The notes under the pieces: generated by a model | Database searches by the model: none | What the model was told of the DNA's origin: nothing | The model's input: the letters and a program-made list of their open reading frames with translations, nothing else | Translations under genes and position numbers: made by a program | Origin: Caecitellus pseudoparvulus | Taxonomy: Eukaryota; Protista; Bigyra: Bicosoecida | Assembly (NCBI GenBank): GCA_965644315.1 | Contig: CBFFRQ010000073.1 | Span: forward strand, 1 to 64,000 | DNA length: 64,000 nucleotides | Direction of reading: 5' to 3' | Shown: positions 43,447 to 53,288 of the stretch, one piece after another | Numbering within the stretch: position 1 is the first letter of the stretch | Layout of the letters: every line of letters starts with the position of its first letter

Positions 43447-45149
43447 TCAATGCACTTGCGCACCCCGCGTGAGGAAGGCAGTGCAGATGCACCACACCAT
43501 GGGCATGGCCAGGTTGTCCATCACACCCACGAACGTCTCCACACCAGAGCACAGCACGGACGTGACCACCACTGCACCTGCCAGGGGGTCGGAGGGCCCA
43601 AGCTGCGACAGGTGCTCGCCCACCACGCCCAGCGCCAACCAGACCACCTCCACGGCACTGCCGCCCTGTGCCGCCGCTCGCGCGCCTGCCTCCAGACCCC
43701 GAGCAGCCGCCACGCAGCCCAGTCCACACAGCAGCATGGACAGGGCTCCGGCAGCGCTGCCTTCCACAGTCTTGCGCGAGCCTGGCCAGGGCAGGCGCCC
43801 AGCCATGCGCCCCACCACAGCCGCTGCCGTGTCTCCGATGCCCACCGTCAGCACACCGCCCAGCGCGAACAGCAGGGTGGACCGCCCCGCCAACTCCTCA
43901 TCTGCAGTCTCGCCCAGGACAGCCAGCCACACAGGCATCGCACAGCCCAGCAGGAGGTACACGTGGGTCAGGATGAGCACGCCTTCATCCCGCTCGTCTG
44001 TGAACTGCACCATGTACGTGTGCAGCGCCTGCCCCACACCTGGTGCACGCACGGCCCTCAGGCCATCCAGCACCAGCAGCAGCAAGGTCGCCCCCGCCAA
44101 GGCCAGGGCCAGGAAGCGCAGGTCCAGGGCAATGCCGGGCAGGAACATGGCCACTGCGGCGATGTGGAAGGCCTTGCGAATGACGATTTGCGGCAGCGCG
44201 CCTGACTTGGGCTGGTACCGTACTGACGACAGCAGCAGGGCGAGACAGGCGGCCCACCAAAGGAGCAGTGCCTGGCGCCGCCGCGTGCCCACCACCAGCA
44301 TGGCAACCCACACGACCCCATTCCCACGAACCTCCCACGACACGGCGAGGGCCAGACTCAGGAGCGCCAAGAGCCCAGTGGATACCAGCGCCACCCCAGC
44401 CAGCACTCGAAACGTGAAGTCTTGGGCGGCAGACACGGCAACAGAGTTGTGGGGTGCGGCTTTAGCCTGGGACAGGGTGAGGCCTGCGTGGTTGCGCCCC
44501 AAGTGCACGAGGAACGGGAGGCTCAGACAAAACGCCCCTGCGGCATGCAGGAGCATGAGGCGCAGGGTCTGGCAAGCCAGGCGAGCAGGCAAGTACGCTG
44601 CCGTAGCAGGCTCTGGCCAGCTGAGGAAGCGCTTCGCCAACTCGCCGATGGGGCTCCACGAGAGGTGAAGGGCGAGTATGCCAGGTGCCAAGCTGGAAGC
44701 CGTGGCTGCAGCAAACTGCTGCAGCAGAGTCGCTTCCCTCCACGTGACGGCTGGCGTCAAGACTTGTCTGGAGACGAGCCGTGAGACCACTGCTGAGGCA
44801 AGCCACGCGGCGGTGAACTGCCCGGCAGCTACTGTATGTCCTGTGCAGCAGGATTCGCAGAAGATTACACAACAAAGCTGGGGACCGCTGCTCAGCACTG
44901 GTGCTCACCTCTGCTCAGCGAAAGAAGCGCAGCACAAAAGTAGCAGCCTGCGGAAATTGCTTCCCTCCACACATCCGTAGTGCGCGACTGGCTTAGAAGG
45001 CTACATAGAAACAGAGAGACGATGTGCGGGACTAATGACTGAAGGGGTGATACTTCATCTTGCACCAAGGGACTTGTCGGAAGGCAAGCGAGGATCCCGG
45101 GCACCAGCAACGCAGACGCAAGGCGGTCCAGCACGAGGCTGGTCTGCAT
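43447..45149 (-). CDS. DOLK: Dolichol kinase (Sec59/DOLK); 5' exons approximate
   Basis: RKAFH, FTDERDEGVLILTHVYLLLGCAMP, GIGDTAAAVVG...WPGSRKTVEGS, E..MDNLAMP; many TM segments. Confidence 0.9.
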
Positions 45150-45317
45150 CGTGCCGCTCTACGTTCCCCACGAGAGACGAATTGTGCAAGCAACGCGCAG
45201 GGGAACCAGGTACCCTACGAAATCACGCAATGCCCTCAGTGCTTTGCGCAAGGGCACGTTGCAAGTCCGTTTTCATTGTGTTTTGTAGGGCAGGGGGTAA
45301 GGCACCTGATTGCTGCC

Positions 45318-46822
45318 TCACAGCTTGGCTTGCTGCGCTGCGCGAGCAGTGTCCAGCACCTTGCCAAGCTTCATGGCCAGTGCCATGTTCCCCTTCAGCT
45401 TCAACTTGCCTCGCATGAAAGCCTGCTGGGCATTCAGCGTGCCAGCTCCTAACTGCACCATGACGCTGTCAGGCACGCACACAGTCAGCGCTGCCTTGGT
45501 ACTGCCGGCCTGCTCCCCCTCGTACTCCACAGCCGCCGGCGCATTCTTGAACTGCGCAAGCCAGTGAGCTGTGCCTCCATCTGGTCCATCTGTCACAGAG
45601 AAGCGGATGATCGCACCCACTTGCAGCACCGTCTCTTGCTCAGCGCCAGCGGCGCCGGCGGCCAGCGCCTCAAATACCGCATCACTGGCAAAGCCAGGGC
45701 CTGCTGGCACAGGCGGTGCATCTGGCTCAGACATGTGCTGCATGATCAGACCGAACACTTCTTGGTTGCTTTCCGGGTGGTCTGCCTCGGCGAAGTCCGT
45801 GATGGCCTTCCACGACTCGCTGACCGTTTCCGGAGAGTACTTGTTCCACACGTCACAGGCCTGGGCTGGTGTCATGGACAGTGCGGGGGGGGACGCCGTG
45901 CCGGACGCTGCTGCGACACCTGTTGGCAGCCGTGAGAAGGCGCCTTTGCTGCGTTCCCAGCGGAGCTTGGCCACCCACCCGGCTCCCAGCTCAAACACCC
46001 CGCCGTTCTCCTCGCAGCTCTCATGTGCCAGGAAAGCCACGGCCGGCGCGGCGTACTCAGGCTTGAGCGACGCCAGTAGCTCGGCTGGAAGGACCGTCTC
46101 TGTCATCCTGCTGGCGGCGATGGGGGCGACGCAGTTGACGTGAATGTTCCGCCGCCCGCCCTCCAGCGCCAGGACGTTGGTGAGCCCCACCACAGCCAGC
46201 TTGGCAGCAGAGTAGTTTGCCTGCCCAAAGTTGCCGTACAGCCCTGCTGCAGAAGAGACGAAGATGACGCGGCCGTACCTCGCCTCCCGCATGTGGTTCC
46301 AGGCAGCACGCGTGACGCTGTATGCGCCGCGGAGGTGCACGGCCAGGACCGACTCCCACTGTGCCTTGCTCATCTTTTGGAAGCTGCCATCCCGCAAGAT
46401 GCCCGCATTGTTGATGAGAATGTCCACCTTCCCGAAGGCTTTCAACGCGGTCTCCACCACTGCCTCGCCTCGTACCACATCATTGTAGTCAGCCACTGCC
46501 TCGCCACCAGCAGCTTTGATTTCAGCGACCACAGCGTCTGCTGGGCGCCCTGAGGAGCCAGATCCATCTAGAGCCCCACCAACATCGTTCACAACTACCT
46601 GTGATGCACAGGCACGCCAGAGCCCATGCGTGAGCCGCTCAAGGGGCGCCACAGTAGTGGTGGGCTTGAGGCAGTGCACCAGCACACCACGCCGAGCAGC
46701 CAACGCACCTTGGCGCCACGGGAAGCCAGCAGCAGCGCGTATGCACGACCCAGTCCGTTTCCAGCTCCGGTGACAATGGCCACCCTCCCGTCAAACCTGA
46801 GCTGCTTCGGGCTGCTGGCCAT
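45318..46822 (-). CDS. Peroxisomal (3R)-hydroxyacyl-CoA dehydrogenase-SCP2 fusion (MFE-2/HSD17B4-like, lacking the hydratase); exons 46822-46709 and 46598-45318
   Basis: [18 protein letters not shown]|[31 protein letters not shown]2 motif [23 protein letters not shown]-terminal PTS1 -AKL. Confidence 0.93.
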
Positions 46823-47227
46823 GGCACCTGCGATCCACACGGCCGGCCTTGCGTAATGCTTGAAAGCAATGGTGCCTGCCCAGCCTGGCAAGGCGCATAC
46901 AAAGCTCTGACTGGATGCCCAACCGTTCAAGAATGGGCTTGTAGCATAGCTTGGGATTTGGAGAATGGCGTGCTATGTAGAGGGGGGAGTGTTGTAGATG
47001 TGGAGCGTACCCTGTCGTGTCGCAGTCCTTCTATCTCTAGCAGACACTGTCAAACAACAAAAGTATGCTACAACAAGGAACCCCACTATTTGCATCCCAA
47101 ACTCTCATTGCCCTTCGCCTCGTTCTTCCGCTTTCTGTGAAGAGGCGCAGAGGCTCGGTTTGGCCGGCGTTTCGGCGTCGTTTCGCCATTGCTCCCCTTG
47201 CTGGAGACGCTGCTTGTGCTTCGCAAG

Positions 47228-49114
47228 ATGCAGGTCCATGTTCAAGATGCAGTAGCAGTTCTGCGAGGGGTTTCGTTGGTTGCACGGAGTTTCATTGGCA
47301 GGGCGGCTCCTTCCCTGCACGTTGCGCCCAGCAATCTATTGAAGGCGCAGCATGACGTCATCCGTGGGGCCAGACCCTCGTCAGCGCCGTCTTCCGATCG
47401 CAGCACGAGCGTGGCGCCGGTTCCCAAAGCAGCCAGACCATCGCTAAGAGACCGTGCTCGAGCTCCTAGAGTGCAGCCCTCCTCCCCGCTGGAACTTTCG
47501 TCCGCGAGGCAGCTGCAAGAGAAATACGTGCCTGCCTCCAGAATCCAACGTGCCGTGGGCTTTGCCGGCATGGCAGCGGGCGTCGTCGGCAGCACCTTAT
47601 CATCACTTGTCAGCAGTACCTCCACGGAGGCGCCAGTGGCCCAGCGCCAATCTCCTGGCGGACCTGGCACCGCCGTCCCCAGCCTGTTGCCTGCCCGGCT
47701 GCAAGCGGCGCTGTTGTCCGAGGAGAACGCCGAGCGCATGGCTGAGGAGCTGTGCCGCATGCGTGGCGCGGCGTTGAAACTGGCACAGATGATCTCCATA
47801 CAAGATGAGCGGCAGGTGCCCCCCGTGCTAGCTGCTGCGCTGGATCGTGTGCGCGCCGCAGCGCACGTGATGCCGACGCAGCAACTCGAGTCCACGATGC
47901 AAGGCGAGCTCGGCGGCGCATGGCGGGAGACATTCGCGGAGTTCGATGACAAGCCTTTTGCTGCTGCCTCCATTGGGCAGGTGCATGCGGGTCTGCTGGT
48001 CGATGGGCGTCACACAGTCAGCAAGGTGCAGTACCCTGGCGTGGCAGACAGCATTGACTCAGACATTCGCAACGTGACGTCCCTGCTTACCATGACGCAA
48101 GCCCTGCCTCGTGGCCTGTTCTTGGAACACGCCATTGACACCCTGCGCGAGGAGCTGGCGGAAGAGTGCGATTTTGAACTGGAGGCGTCCAAGCAAGAGT
48201 CGTTCACGCGCATGATGGCGCAGGCGAACGCCATCGCGCCCTCTGCCGGACAAGCAGGCTTGCAGGGGTTCCCAGATGGGACCCTCTTTGATCTCAAGCT
48301 GCCAGCAGCGCCCTTCAAGTTGGAGGTGGCAGTTCCCGACCTGCCGTTGCTGCACGTGCCGCAGGTGGTCTCTGCTGCCTCCTCCAGGGGAGTGCTCACG
48401 ACTACATTTGCCCCAGGAAAGGCCATCGATCACGTGGTGCACCAGCCCCAGCACGTGCGAGACGCTGTGGGTACAGCTCTCTTGGCATCTGTCATGCAGC
48501 AGCTGTTTCAATTCCGGTCGATGCAGACTGACCCCAACTGGGGCAACTACTTGTACGATGATCACAGCAACGTCCTCACGCTCATCGACTTTGGCGCTCT
48601 GCAGAGTTTTGACGACACCTTCGTCGACAGCTACCGCGATCTCGTCTGGGCAGCTGCGAACGGAGACCGAGACGCCATGCTGCGCACTTCCACGCAGCTG
48701 GGTTTCCTGACGGGTCACGAGGATCGCGCCACGGTCGAGGCATCCCTCGCAGCCGGGCTCCTCGTCGGCGAGCCGTTCGCGGCGGCCCCTGGCTTTCGCG
48801 ACCTGCCACATGGCAGCATTGAGCGCTATGCGCCACAGTTTGCATTCGACTTCGCCTCTTGCGACATGACGCTTCGCGTGGCCGAGTTTGCTGAAACCAT
48901 GGCCAGGGGCCGCCTGGCCCCCCCTCCTCCCCAGGCATACTCCTTGCACAGGGTGTTGTCTGGGGCATTCCTCACATGTATGAAGTTGCGAGCACGGGTT
49001 CCAGCCCGCGCGCTCCTGGAAGACCTGCTGCACGGCACCCCCTCCGACCGCCCTGACATCACAAGCGATGTGGACCCAGCTCGCCCCCCCCAGCCGAAGC
49101 AGCCGAGAGAGTAG
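47228..49114 (+). CDS. COQ8: COQ8/ADCK3-type ABC1 atypical kinase
   Basis: LCRMRGAALKLAQMISIQD, PFAAASIGQVH, KVQYPGVADSIDSD, MQTDPNWGNY, LIDFG, YSLHRVLSGAFLTC. Confidence 0.95.
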   Translation: MQVHVQDAVAVLRGVSLVARSFIGRAAPSLHVAPSNLLKAQHDVIRGARPSSAPSSDRSTSVAPVPKAARPSLRDRARAPRVQPSSPLELSSARQLQEKYVPASRIQRAVGFAGMAAGVVGSTLSSLVSSTSTEAPVAQRQSPGGPGTAVPSLLPARLQAALLSEENAERMAEELCRMRGAALKLAQMISIQDERQVPPVLAAALDRVRAAAHVMPTQQLESTMQGELGGAWRETFAEFDDKPFAAASIGQVHAGLLVDGRHTVSKVQYPGVADSIDSDIRNVTSLLTMTQALPRGLFLEHAIDTLREELAEECDFELEASKQESFTRMMAQANAIAPSAGQAGLQGFPDGTLFDLKLPAAPFKLEVAVPDLPLLHVPQVVSAASSRGVLTTTFAPGKAIDHVVHQPQHVRDAVGTALLASVMQQLFQFRSMQTDPNWGNYLYDDHSNVLTLIDFGALQSFDDTFVDSYRDLVWAAANGDRDAMLRTSTQLGFLTGHEDRATVEASLAAGLLVGEPFAAAPGFRDLPHGSIERYAPQFAFDFASCDMTLRVAEFAETMARGRLAPPPPQAYSLHRVLSGAFLTCMKLRARVPARALLEDLLHGTPSDRPDITSDVDPARPPQPKQPRE

Positions 49115-49724
49115 AACTGACGGAAAAATGCAGCGCTCGTGCCCAGATGGGCGGCGGAGCCTGGGCATCCGCCTGGTGCTCGTCGGCGCCGTCACTCGTG
49201 GAGCTTGGGCACGTTGCCGTGGTCTGGCACTCAGCCTCCGCCCACCCATCGCAGGCGCCCAAGGATGCCGACGACGGCAGAAAACCCGCGTGGGCGAGCT
49301 CACCGTCCAGTGTCGCGTCATCCCTCGAGCTCCCGGTGAGCAGGATGCTTGGCGTCAAACGACAGAGGCCAGTGCCGTGCTCTGCGCCGACGGGAGCCAG
49401 AGGGCGAACTGCCCCTGGATGAACCAGAAGGGGCGGATCCCCCGCTGTACCACAGTGGACCCCCATGCGCAGCTCCATGAAATCCGGCGTGCGGTTGCTT
49501 CCCGGAGCGAATTGGATCAGGACTGGGTTCTCACACGTGGCCCGCTGGGCGCCGTCGTCAGGGTGGTCACACACCCCGTTTGCAGGCGGAGCGTGGGCAG
49601 CACGGCCCGCAATGGACCCTCCTCGCCGCCTGGCAACTGCAGCGGAGGGGGTGGGTTTCACCAGGATCTGAATGACCGGCCAGCAGCCTTCCCCTGAACA
49701 CTTGCAGGTGAAAGCTTCGCTCAT
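49059..49724 (-). CDS. Possible hypothetical protein (221 aa), overlapping the COQ8 3' end
   Basis: ATG-initiated ORF in an otherwise empty ~1-kb gap; no recognisable motif. Confidence 0.3.
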   Translation of the reverse strand: MSEAFTCKCSGEGCWPVIQILVKPTPSAAVARRRGGSIAGRAAHAPPANGVCDHPDDGAQRATCENPVLIQFAPGSNRTPDFMELRMGVHCGTAGDPPLLVHPGAVRPLAPVGAEHGTGLCRLTPSILLTGSSRDDATLDGELAHAGFLPSSASLGACDGWAEAECQTTATCPSSTSDGADEHQADAQAPPPIWARALHFSVSSTLSAASAGGGELGPHRL

Positions 49725-50195
49725 GGCTGATTTGTGCAGCAGGAAGTGCTAGATCAAGTGGTCCACAGTGTGATGCGGTGTGGAGACCAGCTCAAGTGCT
49801 GGGGTGAAGTATGGATCCAAGGAGGCAGCTGGGCAAAACGAAAGCGGAGAAGGCCACAAAAACATACTCGCGAGGTGAGGAATATGACACATGGGAGACT
49901 TTGCAGAACATTCTGCAGGGGTGCGACGAATTGGATCAAGTCCCTCTCATGCAGTAGAAGGCGGGTCACTCTGCACCGAGCAAAGCGCAAGAGCCTGGGC
50001 GCACGCGCCGCCGTGCGTCCCTCACAGCCGGTGCAATGTCCACGCCTTCGCAAGGCAGTGCAACCTAAGTAAGGGGCACCGAAGGACAAGGGCTGCCCCC
50101 TTCCCCTTCTGCAGACGTACTGTTGCGCATGCTTTGAAATAAAATTTCATCGACGGGTACTGAAACTGCCCTCAAGGGCTTCGAGTGGCGGACAT

Positions 50196-52846
50196 TTAGC
50201 TCTGCTGTGAGCATGCCCCCGAAGGCAACAGGAGGCTGCCCCTTCCCCAAGCCGCCAACGTGCATGTTGCTGAGTGCAACTGCCTGTCAGGCAGGGACAT
50301 CCACTGCACCGTGACTTGCTCCGAGGGCCCACCGGCCATGCTCAGGCGTAGAGTGCCTTGTCGGGAGTCCGCGCTTGCGGAGACGAAGCGGATCGGGGAC
50401 ATGGGGACGAACTTGGCGACTTCCCCAAGCACAACAAAAGACGCCCCTCCTTCGCTTGAGAAGGCAGGCGCCAAGTGCCACAGTTGGAAGGCTGTCTTGT
50501 GCAGAGCCGGCAGGGACACGGCGTGGAAGGGCTGCAGGGTGCGTGATGGGTCGCCGTCCCTCCACGCGAAGAAGGAAGCGTTCTGCACGGGTCCAAGCAG
50601 AGGAATCTGCAGCACCTCAGGCCCAAAGACAAAGGGCTGCCACAGCGTCGCAGCGAGGACGGTGCCCCAAGTCATGCCCCCCACCGCGCTGTACGTTTGC
50701 CACAGCTCGCCGTCGGGGCCTGCCCCGCCAAAGGACCGGAATGTGAAAGTGGCATCGACGGCCGTCGCTGGGCGGGAGGGGTGCAGCAGTCTGCCCTCTG
50801 CCGTGCATGTCCTCAGGATGTTCGTGCGGTTCAGGCAAGTTGCACAGTCGCTGGGCCCAACGGGTCCAGAAGAGAGCACACTGACGGCAGCTTCAAGGGG
50901 GGCTGCCGTTTCAGCTGTGAGGGGGCCCCAGTGGTTCCCAGGCTGGGGACCGTTGCGACTCCAAAAGGTGTCCTTCCACGGCACCAAGCCGACAGCGTGG
51001 GCGAGCAGGGACGAGACGCCAATCCTGTGCGGCAGCGGAGGGCAGGGGGCGTATGTGGACCCGGCAGCACAAGCACGCATAGAAGATGTACGTACGAGAA
51101 CTGGTCATTGTCCGGGTGGTAGTCATCGGACACTCGGATTTGGGTGACGGCTGGGACTTCCAGGCTCTGCAGCACATGGCGGGGGTAGGGCATGCAGTAC
51201 TGGATGGACACGCCTGCGGCATCGGCGCCGGCGCCCATCTGCAGCAACCACTGCCGCCCAACTGTGGGGTCTGACAGGGTGATGGCCATGTCCTCGAATT
51301 CGTTGTGCAGCCAGTCCTGCTCATACGTGAGGAGGCCCCAGTGGGTCGCGTTTGTGAGGAGGTCCACCCAAAACGCCGTCTCCACGGGGATGGCCTTGCC
51401 GCTGTGCGCGTCCAGCTCAAAAGCATACGCCCCACCGTTCTGTCGCGCGTACTGCGTGAGGTTGGACCAGTAGCGGTTGTGGGCGACAAAGCGCATGTTG
51501 GTGCTTTCAGAGAGGCTGGCCAAGCCCTGCGGCAACTCTGCCGGCATGGCCGTCCAGTTCAACACCCCATCCAGCGGGCCTTTCCAGTACCACCAGCTGT
51601 CCAGCTGCATGTAGCGGAAAGGAATGCCTGCGGCGCGACTTGACGTAGCCACTGCTGTGAGTGCAGCATTGTAGTCGCTGTACTTTCCCGTGTCGTAGTA
51701 GTAGCTGCGCAGAGAAGGGCGGGCGAGTGGCGTGTAGCGCGCTGCGGCCTGCGGTGCTGCCGGGCAGCGCACACGTACTAGCCGCCATTGTCAGTGTAGA
51801 ATGAGAGGTGGTTCATAGTGAAGTCTGCCCGGCTTGCCTGCCGCGACTTGTGGTACCGCCGCCGCAGCAGGGCGCCCCACCCCTCCATGGTTGCACTGAC
51901 GCCGGACCCGGCGAACACCATTGTGGACAGGGTGAAGCCGGGCGGGATGAAGTCATACGTACCCATGAGTCCGAATGCCATGGCTCTGGAAGCATTCACA
52001 CGGGCCTGGGAGGCCGCCATGAACTCACTCGCGGGCGAGAGGACCAGCGTGTTTTGCGCTGAGGAGTTGTCAAACAACGCCAATGGCACGCCACCAGATA
52101 TGCCGCCTGGCAGCAGGCCCCACTGCTCAGCGTTGTACCTGCCTTGCCACGTGCACTGCAGGACGGTGTCTGGGCAGGCCATGTTGCCAGCGTAAGTCAT
52201 GAAGCCCAGGGGCACCTCCGGCTCCCCTTCGAACGTCGGGAAGCGGGTGGACACGTCGCTGCGATCACCGTTGCCTGTTGCCGAGATGCCGTCTGGGAAG
52301 TGGTGCTCCAGCACAATCAAGGGTTGGCTGGCAGTGTAGTCCCTGACCCGGGTGATGAAGGAGATGGCGGGGTCCTTGGGGGCTTTCCAGACGAATTCAT
52401 GCACCATCGCATCTGCAACGCGGCGCGGAAGCAGTGAAGGGGAACTTGGTTTCGAGCCAGTCGGCAGCCCCAAGCGACTTGCTCACCTCCAAAGCCATCG
52501 ATGGCCGCTGACACGGACAGGGCAGTTGCTTGGAGGTCTCCGGTGGTGGAATGCAGCCACGCTCCCTTCACAAGGGCGGCAGTCTGAGCATCGATGCAGC
52601 GCTTGCCTGGGTGTGCTTCAGCTGCACTGCACTTGTTGCTGCCTTCCTTACATCTTTCGAATTCAGCCACAGCGCGCCATCGACGCGGACAGAGAACCCT
52701 CCATCCGCTGTAACAGACACATTCAACGTTGGCGGTGGGCCATGGGGCAGTAGGTCACCAAGCTGTGCAGTGTGTGACGGCGGGCTGGCTGCGGCTCCAC
52801 AGGCGAGCGCCGCAGCGGTAACCACAAGGGCGGCAAGGGAGGGCAT
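50196..52846 (-). CDS. Secreted glycoside-hydrolase-like protein (TIM barrel, clan GH-D-like, uncharacterised family); multi-exon
   Basis: Signal peptide MPSLAALVVTAAALACGAAA; LSFYTDNG, IPFRYMQLDSWWY, VAHNRYW, YEQDW, IQYCM, RVSDDY and SSGPVGPSD; several N-X-S/T sequons. Confidence 0.7.
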
Positions 52847-53288
52847 GTCGTTCTACAAAAGCTGGAAACAGTACATCCGGACTATGAAGTCCAGGTTGAG
52901 TGGGTTGAACATTTTCCAGGGTCCTGAATTTGGTCGACTTGGGCGAGACCGCGCGGTCTTGCCACGTTTTTTATTTCGGGCTGGCAACCGTGCCACTGGA
53001 TTCCACGAACATGCTGCACCATCCCACATTTCCTCTCATCAACAATGAAATGTGCGCCGCAATTCCTATGCGGTTGCATGGCAGCCTTGGCTCTCAGCCC
53101 TGGCCAGCGGTGCCTGTACGTCGCTGTTGCCATCTCCGCCGCTTTGTGTGGCCGAACCGGAAGCAGCGAGCGCACATCGCACCCTACAACTACACTCTTC
53201 TAGGCTCCTCTTGCGTTATTTTCGGCATCCCAAGGGAAGATAGGGGCATCTTCACCCTTCGCATTGTATCCAGGGGGAATCACTGCCA

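Noticed and set aside
46860-47200. AT-richer intergenic stretches (also about 14940-15280, 30680-31260 and 52850-53280) as possible ncRNA or tRNA loci
   Set aside because: I recognised no cloverleaf, snRNA or rRNA motifs. Most lie between divergent starts and are best explained as promoter/UTR regions. An Infernal/Rfam scan would settle this.
15281-49114. Apparent isoprenoid/lipid gene cluster (lipase, HMGR, DOLK, SDR-SCP2, COQ8)
   Set aside because: The genes are scattered over 34 kb among unrelated housekeeping genes and act in different compartments. This is compatible with chance in a gene-dense genome.
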